In this document: piece after piece, positions 49,185-63,636 of the stretch
How positions within the stretch are numbered: position 1 is the stretch's first letter
How the letters are laid out: each line of letters begins with the position of its first letter
Assembly: GCF_009914755.1 (NCBI RefSeq)
Contig: NC_060925.1
DNA length: 64,000 nucleotides
From: the human T2T-CHM13v2.0 reference genome, Homo sapiens
Reading direction: 5' to 3' (one strand)
Notes under the pieces: generated by a model
What the model saw: the letters and a program-made list of their open reading frames with translations, nothing else
What the model was told of the DNA's origin: nothing
Database searches by the model: none
Program-made: the position numbers and the translations under genes

Positions 49185-49204
49185 ATGAGTCAGCAGCACA
49201 GCTG
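49185..49204 (+). promoter_or_regulatory. Candidate AP-1/ARE (ATGAGTCAGCA) plus E-box (CAGCTG)
   Basis: Motifs directly visible and 3 bp apart; function is inferred only. Confidence 0.3.
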
Positions 49205-49902
49205 CCGATGGAGTGGGCAGAAGGGCATCTAAATTTAGTCGTTATTCACTTGAGAAGATTTTCAGGGACTATATGTCTCTCATCCATGCTTTAGTCTCTC
49301 ATCCATGCTTTAGTCATATTCCTTCTTCTGGAGGCAAAAAAAAAAAAAAAAAAGCAAGAAAACAGTCACTCCAAGGTGCTTCATGAGAGTGTCCTACAAC
49401 TCTGTTGATTGGTCTTACCTACAAGAATGATTCTCTTCCACCTTAACTGGGTGCATACTATTTTATTCATATAGCTCCTGAATTTAAGAATCCATGGAAT
49501 TCTGAACATTAGAGAGGGAATTTTCTGCAGTTAGACTTACAAACAAGCTCCAGAATCTTGCTAGTTCAAAGACATTTTTAACCAAACTTCTTTCCTCCTA
49601 TAAGGTACTGGGGGTGGGAGGGGAGGGCTGTGATCATTGAGGACTAAGTACTTTTTGTTTTTTTTTTTTCCCCTTGAGGCAGTTGCTGTGTGTTACACTG
49701 TTGCCTTAACAACAACAAAGTCAGGAACAATTCCAAGGGCTTATCTCCTTTAATCTTTACAAAACCTTATGAGGTAGGTGGTACTCCCAATGCTATAGAT
49801 GAGTACATATGCTTATAGTTAAGTTAGATACCCCACTCTAGGTTGTACACATCAGCAGAGCTGGTTTGCAAGCCCTGGTCTGTCTGACTCCAAAGCTGGT
49901 GC

Positions 49903-50030
49903 TTTTATTTATTTTACAAATAGAGATGGGGTCTCACTGTGTTGCACAGGTTCTCCTGTACTCAAGCGATCCTCCCACCTCGGCCTCTCAAAGTGCTGGG
50001 ACTACAGGTGTGAGCCACCATGCCTAGCCA
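49903..50030 (-). mobile_element. FLAM/Alu monomer
   Basis: Left monomer. Confidence 0.85.
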
Positions 50031-50236
50031 AAACTGTTTTAAACAACATACCATCCTTCACTTTGTGGAGGGTATGGGGAATGATTTAGACAGTTGGCCT
50101 CCTTTATTTTCTGTAAGATGGTTCTTCACAGATTGATGATCGCCAAATTACATTTTTAGATTAGGCTAGTTTTGTTGTTCTTGTTGTTCTGTCAAACTTC
50201 CTTACAGTGTCATTCCCGTAAAATTTTGTATCAAAC

Positions 50237-50352
50237 TGGCTGTAGTGGCATGTAGCTGTAGTCCCAGCTACTTGGAAGGCTGAGACAGAGGCTTTTTGAG
50301 CCCAAGAGTTAATGACCAGCCCTGGCAACAGAGCAAGACCCTGTCTCAAAAA
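50237..50352 (+). mobile_element. FAM/FLAM-type monomer
   Basis: GTAGTCCCAGCTACTTGGAAGGCTGAG...GAGCCCAAGAGTT...GCAAGACCCTGTCTC. Confidence 0.8.
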
Positions 50353-51994
50353 TGTTTTTTATATCAAGGATTTGGGATTTATAAGACACAATATCACAAA
50401 ATTTAAAAGAAGAGAACTGAAGTAGTGATGAGGTGAAGGAGATTAAGAAAAGGAGAGGAGAAGTAAGAGGGGAGGAAAGAGAAAAGACAAGTTTTCTCCC
50501 GTTTGATACCTGGACTAGCTGGGCTTATTTTAGGGCCTCTGGAATGTGGCTGCTGTTGTCTTTAAAGGCCAAAGAATGATCTTGAAAACATTGGCTTCTA
50601 AAAGTCTGCTTGATAGTAGTGTGGACATTAGAGCTAAGTTTTTAGATTGTTCTTTCAGAGCCAAAGAAATTTTGCAACTCAGGAAGAAGCAATTGACCCA
50701 GCTGTCCTGGCCTACACAGGTTTAGACGGCACATTTGACCTTCTTGATATAGGAGTATTACTAAGGGCAAAGAGTGTTTTTAGCACAACCTTTAAAATTC
50801 TTTTTTCTTATTGGACTTCAGTACCTTTTTGAAAGTGTCCCCTTCCATTTTTTTACTTAAAAACGTTTATTTACAAAAAAGAAAAATAAATAAAATAAAA
50901 ATGTTGATTTACAGTTTTTAGTGAGATACTCTGTGATAAGTTGGCTAGACCTTGCCATATGGGATTGCAAATGGGCAGACATACAATATATGACCAATTT
51001 AGTGATAAGCATACTTATGAACTATTTGTAAATATGATGAATAATTATGAAACATTTTACATGGTAAAGAATGGGATATACTTGTGGAAGTTGATAAACC
51101 TAAGAAAACATCATAGAAGAAATATAATTTCTGGAGCTGCTGTTGAAAACTAGACCATTATGAATACTGGCTATAAAAGTCAGATTGGCCAGAAGGTCAG
51201 ATTGGAGGAATATATTATATAGCATCAAATCAAACCTAGATTGACATTTTTAGCTAATCTCAGTAACTGTAAAAGAAGTATCAAATATTTTGGGAAAAAA
51301 TAACAAAGATGCTGTTTGTAACCAAGTTATCTAGTTAAATTTTCGTCTAAATGAAATCACCCTTTTTTCATTCATCCCCTTCTAGGCAGGATTGATATGA
51401 GGTTTATCTCTGAAGGGAATTCCTGTAAGTTCTCTTGGTGTGATATGTACTACTTAAGTCCTGTAGTTACAAGGGCCCTCTAGAGTTCTAACTTTAATTC
51501 TTTCCACAGTAATCTTTTGCCATTTAAATAGTTGTTCATTATAACCATGAAATATCTTTTGGTATGCTTGATTAAAACAGTGGTTATCAAACTGATCTCA
51601 GGATTCCTTTATACTTAAGAAATCATTTAGGACTCCCAAAATTTAACCAGGACTTTGTTTGTATTGATTATTATACGTTACTAAGAAATTTTTAAAATAT
51701 GTAGTTATTAAATATGTACTTATTAAGTCATTTAAAGCAACAATGACCCTGCTTACATGTTAATATAAATTACATATTTTAATTAAAAATAGTGATATTG
51801 TTTTACATTTTTACAAATTTATTTTAATGTCTGTATTCAATCTGCTGTGATATATTATTTTGATGAAAGTATATAAAATCTGGCCTCTCAAAGGTATATA
51901 TTTGGAGAAGGGAGGAGCATTTTAATAGTCTGTTCAGACAATTGTAGATGTTTTTCTTGGATATTATACCAAACTCCAACAAGTGATGGTTCGT

Positions 51995-52287
51995 TTCCTT
52001 TTTTTTTTGAGACACAGTCTCTGTGGCCCAGGCTGGAGTGCAGTGGTGCCATCCCGGCTCACTGCAACGTCTGCCTCCTGGGTTCAAGCGATTCTTGTTC
52101 CTCAGCCTCCTGAGTACCTGAGATTACAGGTGTGCACCACCATACCTGCCTAGTTTTTGTATTTTTAGTAGAGATGAGGTTTCACCATGTTGGCTAGGCT
52201 GGTCTCAAACTCCTGACCTCAGGTGATCCACCTGCCTTGGCCTCCCAAAGTGCTGGGATTACAGGCATGAGCCACCATACCCGACCT
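51995..52287 (-). mobile_element. AluS inside Charlie1
   Basis: Full Alu. Confidence 0.93.
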
Positions 52288-52841
52288 GATAGTTTCTTAA
52301 ATGTAAGTTTTAGAAATGGTAGTTTAAGACATGAGTTTCTTAAATGTTCATGCAGTGTGGAAACTGAAACCATGTCAATGGACTTTTCTTACTCTGTTAC
52401 ATTAAAACGCATTAGTCTAACTTGTACTTTGAATGAATCTTTTACTTCATGTGTGATTTTCTAACACTATGCATTTGTTTATTTGGAAAATATAGGTTGA
52501 TTGAGTTACAGAGATCTTACAAATCTAAATACATTTCATTATATAATATCAACAAATCAGATTTGTTGATAGTCAAACAGATCTTATCAGAAAAGTGAAT
52601 ACTGGGATGCTGTCAAGCTCATGGTGGTAGCTGTTTCCAGAATTCTTATTTTCACTTGGATGGTCACATTTTATTGCAACACATACTGATTATTTTCTCT
52701 GAGTGACAGGCTTACTTTGTTCATTTTCAAGTCCGAATAATCATAATTTGTTGGTTATTCTTTTGAATAAAAGTGGTGTTATTTTGATTTTAAAAAGTGG
52801 CTAGTTCATCTCACACCTGAAGCAGATGCACAAGTGGTGTG

Positions 52842-53144
52842 TTTTTATTTTTATTTTTGTTTTTGTTTTCGAGACATGGTCTTGCCCTGTCACTCAGGCT
52901 GGAGAGCAGTGATCACAGCTCACTGCAGCCTCGACCTCCCAGGCTTAAGCCATCCTCCCACCTTAGCCTCCCAAGTAGCTGGGACTACACGTGCGTGCCA
53001 CCATGCCTAGCTAATTTTTAATTTTTTTGCAGAGATGGGGTCTGTGTTGCTCAGGCTGGTCTTGAACTCCTGGGCTCAAGCAATCCTACCACCTCAGCCT
53101 CTCAAAGTGTTGGGATTACAGGCATAAGTTACCATGCCTGGCCC
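52842..53144 (-). mobile_element. AluJ inside Charlie1
   Basis: Full Alu. Confidence 0.92.
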
Positions 53145-54029
53145 GAGGTGCTTTTTCCTAGAATCAACCATCATACCTCAAAATGCAGCAGAAGTGCTTT
53201 ATGTATACTTTCCATTTTCTCACACAGAATATTAAAAAAAACATTTCTACTACTTCTTCAAGGTTATTCTTAAGTGAAACTGGCTTTCTTTTTTATTTTT
53301 TTAACTGTATGTGGTGAGGAAGAATATAGTGCCTGCTGGTAGTTTTTGATGCCATTGTCTTGCTTCATGTTAAGGCACCAGCGGTTTTACTCACCATTGC
53401 TTTTGCATCATTAGTGTAAATGTCAATACAATGAAAATGCAAGTAATATCTTAATATTATTATGAAAATCCTTTGATTTGGATAATTCTTCCTGAGCTGA
53501 AGTTTTAGCCTTGTTTTTTAAAGGAGGGGATTAAAAGGCAAGTTTTAAAAAGGGAGTCTCATTTGTTTCTTGGTCCTGAATTATCCCAATGGTTTTGTAA
53601 CCATCCAAGCCTTGGTAATGGTTATCATTTTCACATGTGGGCCTTCTACCACATTTTTATTCTGTAGCTATGTCAAGATCTTTTGGTTTTTTTAGATCTC
53701 ATTGCTGTTTGTGACTGTTTCTGTTTGTCTTATGGTAAGCCTAAAGCCTTTATTCAGAAAGCTTCTGCTTTCTCCTAATTGCTGCCATGAAATGAGCAGA
53801 TGAGACTCCCTAACCATCCATAACTGCAAGCATACTTTGCCATAGTGTTTGAAGCCATTCAGAAAATACATGAAAATACATTTTTTCTGTTTGAAATGAT
53901 CACCCTACCCTTTCTCACCAAAGCAGTGTTTGTTTAGCAATTCTAGAGTCGTAAACTACAACTTCCCACTGAGAAAAACTGTATTTGATCCTGTGTGATT
54001 TTTTCTTTTTTAAATGAATGAAGGAATGA

Positions 54030-54104
54030 ATTTTTTTAATAATAGAGACAGGGTCTCACTATGTTACCCAGGCTGGTCTCAAACTCCTGGCTTCAGGCGA
54101 TCCT
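54030..54104 (-). mobile_element. Alu/FLAM fragment
   Basis: AGAGACAGGGTCTCACTATGTTACCCAGGCTGGTCTC. Confidence 0.8.
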
Positions 54105-54287
54105 CTGATTATTTTCTTTTAAAATTAATAAGCATCTGCGACAAATAGGTGGCAGTGAAATAAAATAAAATTCATATACAAATCAGTGTTTTGTAACATA
54201 CTTTCCTTTTTATAATATAATGATGAAACAGCTTATTCATTTGTAGCACTTTAGAAATCGCTTTCACAATTAATCCTAATAATACTA

Positions 54288-54643
<356 letters not shown>

Positions 54644-54771
54644 TCACAGTTTAGATATTAAGGCATGGAGACATTTAAGCGCTTGCATAAGATCACAAAG
54701 CCTAGAAGTCATGCTCTGGACACAGTATGGAAGAAATAGAAATTAATGTATTATTAGAACTGCTGGGCATT

Positions 54772-54838
54772 GTCAGTGCCCAGAGCAGTGTCTGGCACAT
54801 AGTGGAACTCAATGAATACTTGTTGAATGAATGAATGG
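54772..54838 (+). mobile_element. L2 3' end abutting the exon 2 acceptor
   Basis: AGAGCAGTGTCTGGCACATAGTGGAACTCAATGAATACTTGTTGAATGAATGAAT is the canonical L2 tail. Confidence 0.85.
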
Positions 54839-54852
54839 ACTTTTCTTTTCAG

Positions 54853-54983
54853 GCATGTATTGATGAAAATTTGGACATGGTGAAGTTTCTGGTGGAGAAC
54901 AGAGCCAATGTAAACCAGCAAGACAACGAGGGCTGGACACCCCTTCATGCAGCAGCTTCCTGTGGCTATCTCAACATAGCAGA
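54853..54983 (+). CDS. PPP1R12B: Myosin phosphatase targeting subunit 2 (MYPT2), internal coding exon (exon 2), ankyrin repeats
   Basis: ttttcttttcAG acceptor and GA/gtgagt donor; 131 nt; translates ACIDENLDMVKFLVENRANVNQQDNEGWTPLHAAASCGYLNIA(E), which I recognise as MYPT2. Confidence 0.97.
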
Positions 54984-57841
54984 GTGAGTGAGTCTCTGTG
55001 TGTGTGGCTTTGCAGTATTTGTAGGAATAGCCTTCATTTCTCCTCTATTCTTAGGAATTTGAATTTTATAAATAGTTATAATCTCTCTTTATTACAGATT
55101 ACAAAAGCAGAAAGTTGAATTATCTTTAAGCCATAACTAATACAATGTTTTGTAAAGTTGCTAAATCCATAGTTTTTTAGTTGAAACTCTTTTTGTTTGC
55201 TTCTATTTTCAGGTAATTTATATTTGCTGGGATATGCAGAGGTGGCTGTTCCACTGTCTGGGTTCACTTTCTGAACAACTGTAGCTGGGCACGTATACAG
55301 GCAGGCCTGGAGATGTTTTTCTGGATTCTTTGTAAACCTATTTCACTGTTTTTTTAAAAAAATCAGTGCTTAGTACAAATGAAGATAAAAAATGCCTAGC
55401 ATACCAGTCACAGCACTCGTGTAGTTAATCGCAGAAGAATGAGCCTAAACATGTGGAACAAAGGAAAGGTGGGCACTGGCATGTGTTCTCCACATTAGTT
55501 GAATGGGAATATTTAATAAGATACATTAGGAGCTACTAATCTCCAGGACAACTAGTTGCCCCTCCCGTGGGCAGAAGAATCCTGACCATGTGGTACCTGA
55601 GATATAAGAGGCACTGAATAAATATCTGTTGTGTGAAGGAATGATTGGGGAGTTTATTTTTAAACAAGGAAACATCTTTGAAATGGCAGTCGAAACATCT
55701 TTAAAATGAGGCAGTTGAGTGTATCCTAGATGAGGGTAAATTTATATTGTTAAGGTAAATTTCCTAAATAAAATCATGATATTCTATGCTCCTTTGAAAA
55801 TCAGATTGCTTGTGTGAAGGCCCTTTTCAATAATATGATTAGAGCTCCATTACATTTCTCCTGTCCAGGAAACAGCAGGGAGAATTTTGTTGGCAGCTGT
55901 GTAGAGGCCTGAGAATGACTTCCCACAGAATCTGATTTGCCCAGGTTTCCTAAGGGAGAGCCTGAGTTGCTAGGTTTGCTGCTGACCCAGGGATGCTCAG
56001 TGGGAGAAGTTAAACAAAGGGAGAGTCAGAGCCAGAGAAACTTTAGGCAGCAGCACTGGTGTTTGACTGGGCTGCTTGTTCTAAAAAGTGGATGACTGGG
56101 TTGGCCCCAAAGCCAACAGAAATAAACAATGCAGTTTTCTTCACTCTTGATTCCTCCCTCTGTTCCAATTTAGTAAAAGTCAGTAACCTCTTCATCCCCT
56201 AGGCTGCCTATTTTCAGAGTCTAACAGGAAGGAGGGCTCTTATTCTTAGTCTTATCCAGTAACATCAGAATTCTGATGCCTAAGAGTTGAGGTGATTTTA
56301 CTTAAAACATTTATTTAAGAAACATTTATAGAACATGTTGGCCTTTCAATTGCTATTTGTTCAGGTGGCATGCTTATGATATTTGAGCTACCAAATCTCA
56401 TTACATTCAAGGATTCAATTTTTTCCTAAGTTTTTTCTTTCACTTTTCTAAGGAGAGCTCATGCTTAGAATTAGGATCACTTGTGCTGGCATTATCCTCC
56501 TGTGTGTGAAGCTAAATACAGAGAATGATTATAATTGCTTTTTTTTTTTACAGTGATTTCTTTAATTCGTCTTTATGAACAAATATAATTCTTCTGGAAG
56601 TAAGTTCACAATATAACAATCTCTAGCTCAAACAAATATTACCTTGAATGAAATAAATCTGTGAGAGCTACTGTTTCCTAAGACAGACTATTATAAATTA
56701 AACTTGGAAGTCTGACCAGTAGAGAGGTGATCTAGACCAGAATCCATTGCAGAGGTGGGGTGGCGGTGAGATGGCCTTCTTTATTTTATTTTTCACTATA
56801 CATATCATTATTAGACAGGTTTTGACTTTACTGTCATCTATTTATTTGCAGTATGTAGCATTTTTTTTAATATGCAATGGAAAAAAAAACATTGTTTGTA
56901 CTGTTCATTTCGGTTGCTTTACCTCAGGGCCAATGGAGAATGTTGTAAATAAGATCAGTCCGTGATGATCTCGTCATTTTTATTTTTGTATCTTAAAGAT
57001 CTTAGACTTTATGCTCTTATTCCCAGAATCACTAGGAACTCTAAATTTCAAGGGAGTAGAAATGAGTAAAGGCAAACTGGCTTTCTAGGAAGAATCCAAG
57101 TACATTCTATTTCATGTTTCATGGTGATCTTTTTGTCTCAGTATGTTGCATCAAAAGCAGGGAGCTTCAGAGGCTTTTTTCCTCATTTTAAAATGAGTTC
57201 AGGCTCAATGCTAGTTAGCTGGGTGTTTTTACATTTTTTTTATGAATAAATGTTTCACTTAGAAGCAGCAGATTGACCCAAACATACATCATTTGGCTTT
57301 ATAGTTTATTGAGTTGCTAATTTATTCTCAGTTTTTGAACGTATTTCATTTTCTTTCTTCCTCCCTTAGGATAGTAGCATAAAGACCTTGTATTGGTGTT
57401 GAGTTAGGAAGGACAAGAAGGCCTTATTTTCTAGGGGCATATTTATTGAGCTAGTGGCTGTTTGTGAGCCTTTGGGCAACTGTAAGGATTCTCAGAGATA
57501 AAGTAGAAATTACTTCATAGGTTGATATTTATTCTTGTCCAGGTAAAAGTAAAACTAAAGAGGTTTTTAACTTTTTTTTTCCCTAGAACTGGAGAAAATG
57601 GAAAAACAGAGAGCCAAATTACTTTCTAAAAATTCGTCTTCTTGATTGTAGAACATGGGAAAAGCAGGGTCCTGTATACCCAAGTGACATTATGCCTGAT
57701 CCAGTAGGGATGGAATAGATGTCAGAGTAGAGTGGTTAAGATATTTCATGTAATTCAAGCAATATTTATGGAATACCAAGAGGAAAAAGCAAGTGTCAGA
57801 TGTCATGGCGATGATAGTAATGAGGAAGACCCAGTTGTTGC

Positions 57842-58263
57842 TATTAACCAAAAACTATCTGAGGCAGGTCTCAATCAATTTAAAAGTTTATTTTACCAAG
57901 GTTAAAGATGCGCACCCAGGAAACAGATCTGTGCCTTTCCCCAGAGATCAAGTTGAGATCAATACTTAAAAGGGAAAAGCAGCATGGTCACATTCCTGAA
58001 TTCACATGTTGCCAGAGAAAAGGAGCAAGTAGGGGAATAGTCAATTAAATGTTCATCTCACGCTCAGTAAATCTCACTTTACATAAGATAATGTGAACAT
58101 AGAGGTAAACATAGAACCTGTGGAGATATTTAACTTTTTATCTATAGCTATCTGCTTAGGAACAAAAGGTAAGGCAGCTTCTTGCATGACTCAGCTTTCA
58201 GCTTAATTTTTTTTCTTTTGGAATAGTGAAATTAGGGTCCCAAGTTTTTATTTTCCTTTCACA
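57842..58263 (-). mobile_element. MER4A-like ERV1 solo LTR
   Basis: Minus strand begins TGTGAAAGGAAAATAAAAACTTGGGACCC; 4-bp TSD TTGC at 57838-57841 and 58264-58267. Confidence 0.85.
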
Positions 58264-59032
58264 TTGCCTTCAAGTAGCTTTCAGTCTGATGGAATGGTTG
58301 CATCGAGGTACAGTGTAAGTCATGACTGAGGTCTAGAATTAGTGTTTGTTGGGGAGGAGAAGAGGGAGTATGGGGTTAAAGGAAGGAAAGAGGGAATTCA
58401 GTTTGTGAGAACAGGCAAAGGTTTCATGAAGGCAAAAGCATTTTAAATGAACTTTGAAAGAAGTGAAAGGTTTCTACAAGGGAAAATAGAAGGGAGAGTG
58501 TTCCACCTAGTTGGAAGAAACAAGCTGTGGAAGAGAGCTGGGTGAGAGTTGATGTGTTTGGGAACAGTAAGTGGTTTAGTTTGATTATAGAGTATAGGGC
58601 ACACTTCAATCCAGGAAACATTTGTTGAGTGCTTACTATGTGTATTATTTGCATTTTGATATTTCAGGGTTGGGGAGGTGTAGCTGAATATTCCTTTTGC
58701 TTAAGGGAGAGGAATCAGAAGAGAGGAGCTGTTGAATATGTGGAAATGAAGGGTAATTTATGAACGGAATACTAGGACTTGATAGAATTAAGAATACAAA
58801 TAGAGGGAGTTCGTTTTGGAATTGAATAAGGTCTGTCTTCCTCTGAGACTATAAGGGAAAGAAGGAGATGGTTAAAAGGTGAATTGTGAAGGCTTTTGAG
58901 CTTTATACATGTAGAATTGATCTATAAATTAACAAACATTTGTTGAGGCCCTATTATACCAGGTACTAGGCACTGAGAAAGCAAAAACATGGTCTTAATC
59001 TAATCTCTATTGATTCTTTTCCCTCTGCCAAC

Positions 59033-59320
59033 TTTTTTTTTTTTTTTTTTTTTTTTTTTGAGATAGAGTCTTGCTCTGTCACCCAGGCTGATGTTGGCTC
59101 ACTGCAACCTCCGCCACCTGGGTTCAAATGATTCTTGTGCCTCAGCCTCCTGAGTAGCTGGGACTACAGGTGCCTGCCACCATGCCCGGCTAAGTTTTGT
59201 GTTTTTAGTAGAGATGGGTTTCACCATGTTGGTCAGGCTTGTCTCAAACTCCTGGCCTCAAGTGATCTGCCCACCTCAGCCTCCCAAAGGATTATAGGGG
59301 TGAGCCACTGCGTTTGGCTC
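59033..59320 (-). mobile_element. AluS
   Basis: Alu with long T tract. Confidence 0.93.
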
Positions 59321-59426
59321 CATCTGCCAGTTCTTTGAATGCAGTGGCCAGTGGCCATATATTATCTCTCTCTTTTTTTTTTTTTTTTTTTAAATCTCCT
59401 ACAGTGTCTAAAATGTGGTTCCCATG

Positions 59427-59805
<379 letters not shown>

Positions 59806-60690
59806 TCATTTTTCTTTTTCCTTTAAACACTTCTGAGTATTTGATAGAGCTCCTAGCGTTATTAGAGTTCTCACTGGCCCAAAAGTGACTTGATCTAAAG
59901 AAAAGATGAACTAGATTTGAAGTCAAGACTGGGGCTGTACCCTCTGCCATTTACCCGCTATGTGGTTTTGAGAAAATTACTTAATATGTATGAACCTCAA
60001 TTTCTTAAAGTCATGGTAATAATACCCACATTGCCTACTTCATAATGTTGCCTAAGACTTATGATATAATTTTATGTGAAAGCACTCTGAAAATCAAAAA
60101 GGATCTATGTAAGGTATTGAATTATCAGACCTTTCTTCTTCAGAATCAAGTATTCTATTTGGATTTAGAATTTAATTATTTAACATTTTAATATTTCTTC
60201 TTAAGTAATTTAGTTTCGTCTTACAGCACAGGAAGATTTCATGTGGATGTCTGGTTGATAGGAGAGTTTTATGGAGGCATAATTTAGGCAGATTTATGCA
60301 AATTTTAATGCACACTTTATTCTTCTATTTTCACACCCACAGCACTACTTAATAAGCTCCAATGTGGCACTGGGAAAGTTTAAGGCTGCATGCCTTCTTT
60401 ATGTTACTTAGAAATTCTCTTGCCATCCACTGGGAGTGAGAGGATGGGAGTTAGTAATATGAGTGTGAAAGAAATCCTGTTTGTTGGCATTGCTCTAGTC
60501 AGGAAATGGGGAAGCCTTCAGTCTTAATTATTGAAGTTTAAGGCACATAGAAATTAATAATGGAATATCTTAACTGAGACCATATTTTAAACTCAAAATA
60601 GAGACTTCGCTGTGTATTGAATGCCAGATGCATGGGTAAAATTTATATTAGATTGACAGATAATATTGATCCTGGATCTTGTCTACGCAG

Positions 60691-60809
60691 GTATTTCATT
60701 AATCACGGAGCCAGTGTAGGTATTGTCAATAGTGAAGGTGAAGTTCCCTCTGACCTTGCAGAAGAGCCAGCCATGAAGGATCTTCTTCTGGAGCAAGTAA
60801 AGAAGCAAG
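60691..60809 (+). CDS. PPP1R12B: MYPT2 coding exon (exon 3)
   Basis: ctacgcAG acceptor and G/gtaacc donor; 119 nt; (E)YFINHGASVGIVNSEGEVPSDLAEEPAMKDLLLEQVKKQ(G); phase matches the previous exon (GA+G=Glu). Confidence 0.97.
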
Positions 60810-61520
60810 GTAACCTCATGGATTGGAGGGGGCCAGGAAAGATTCTCAAACACTGCCATTTACAGAAAATAATCCATTTGCTGTGCAGAGCATTTCACTA
60901 TCACATGACAGGAGAGGATTTGATCTGTCTGCACTGCATTAATCATTAATCCAGCATCATGTATCCTCATAATAACTCAGACAAGAATAGGCCAGATGTC
61001 AAAAGGATGACCAATCATTCCTTGTTTTTGCCATTCAGAGGTTGCATACCCATCATACAATTAAGAGTGACCTGATGAGGACTGTGTGTATGCACAGTAC
61101 TGTGTGTATGCATGGTATTGGGATACAGTGTAAATTTGAGAATTGGCTAAACTGAGTTTGTGACTTTGCATCTTTTCCCTTGTTGAGAGCTAAAAGTGGT
61201 GCTGATAAAGATATTTATTGTAACTAATCATGAGAATTAGTATGATAATTTGTTAAGGTGAGGAAGCTAACTTAGAATAATATATTCTAAAAATGCTTAT
61301 TCTTATTTTATAGTTTTAGGAGAATCGATTTCACAGAATAGGATGGAATTTTTCAACCTGGAAGTCCCTGGGTTCTTTTTCCACCACAAAACTCTGCGGA
61401 CAAGATTTGTAGTGATTTTTTTTTTTAGTCCTTCTGCTAAACTACCTTACTCACAATCTTGCAGTTCATCCCAGAGGATTTAGCTCCAGTGGTCTTTCCC
61501 AATATGAACTTTTAGAACAG

Positions 61521-61672
61521 TCAGGGCCAATTCTTGCTATGCGCATTGTTTACATATTATCCAAAACTGCTTTTGTGCCACAACAGCAGAGTTGAGTAGT
61601 AGTGATAGATTGGATGAACCACAAACCTGAAAATACATATTGGCCCTTTGGAGAAAGTATGCTGATCCTACC
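61521..61672 (+). mobile_element. MER58-like fragment
   Basis: CAACAGCAGAGTTGAGTAGT...TGGCCCTTTGGAGAAAGTATGCTGA. Confidence 0.65.
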
Positions 61673-61692
61673 TTAATATAGTGATGTTCTAG

Positions 61693-62055
<363 letters not shown>

Positions 62056-62386
62056 TTGTGCGCTATTGAATTGAAGAATTTTATGCTTAGCTTAACCTCC
62101 AGCCTCAATCAGTTTTATCTCCTAAGATTTGCTTTAAAATGTACAAACAACTTTAAAAAAATCAGTTTTAAAAAATAGTTTAGATTGGAGCAACCACTTT
62201 TTCTGTTTTGATTGCTGACTCTTCAATGAGGGAACATACTCTGTTGAAAGGGGTATTCATATATATGTTTAACTTTCCAGCACTGCTAACACTTCTTTGT
62301 GTTTGGAGTACTGATCTGATTTAAATTGGTTACCTCTTCACCCCATCCATCTCCCAAAATCACACAGATAATACTTAGGTAGTTGA

Positions 62387-62693
<307 letters not shown>

Positions 62694-63636
62694 GTTTCTC
62701 TTTTAAGAGCTGAAAGGGAGTAGACCAAGCACAAAGACTGCTAATGAGTGTAAAACTTTTTGAATGGGTATGTTTGTATTTGGGACATTTTATTATTTTG
62801 TATAATGGGGTATGCCTCACCCTAACCCCTTTTCACTGGCACAGATATTGGAGAGTTATTGGCTAAAGGGAGGAACTCTTGGAGTTCTTTCATAATGTTT
62901 TTAAGGAAAACAAAATCTGCATTCCCTTGAAAGCAGACAGGTTTTTAAACTGCAGATCACCTACTAATCTGTCCTAGATTATATATCTTCAAGTCAGTGT
63001 ATTTACCTGTATATGGAAATGAACTTTAGAGATAGTTCAATTTTTAAAGTATATCAATACCTGAAACCAAGATTTTGGATACTCATCCTATGGTATAGTG
63101 AGTGGATAGGGACCCAGAAGAGGAATGACAGAGAGGGACCCGGGATATCGGAGTTCTAGCGGCAAGTTCTGTCACTAATGTGTTTTGTGGCTTTGAGCAA
63201 GATTCCTAACCTTTCTATTTTTATTTCCTTATCTGTTAAATGAAGATTGTAATATCTGTTATATTTACCTTGAAGGATTGTTGGGAAACTAAAGTCATAT
63301 AACATGTAAAAAGACTTGGAAGTTTATAGCTTTGTACAAATATTATAATGTAAAAATAATGTCCCCTTTGTCTTTATGTTCTGTTGAAAACAATTTTAGG
63401 TGCATTCCCTTAATGGATCTGTATCACATAATATTTAACCTGATGATTTAATCCTGGTAAGACCATTAATATGTGTACAAATGCCATTGATCTTCTAAAT
63501 TTGATAATTACCCAACTTGATGGCTAAATTGTTATTTGTATTTATGTTTATGATGTGCTTTAATCTAAGGAAAATATCCTGTCAAACTTAAGTGGAGCTT
63601 TAGTAATCCTGGCTGTCTGGTATCTGGTTTCTGTAG

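Larger units (their letters stand above)
51578..53480. mobile_element. Charlie1-like hAT DNA transposon relic split by two Alus
   Basis: CAGTGGTTATCAAA...CTCAGGATTCCTTTA start; internal CAGTGTGGAAACTGAAACCATGTCAATG; end TTAGTGTAAATGTCAATACAATGAAAA...TATTATTATGAAAA. Confidence 0.75.

Noticed and set aside
60617-60949. 110-aa ORF as a standalone gene (likewise 63678-63869)
   Set aside because: Only the parts between the AG and GT splice sites match MYPT2; the rest is intron read-through.
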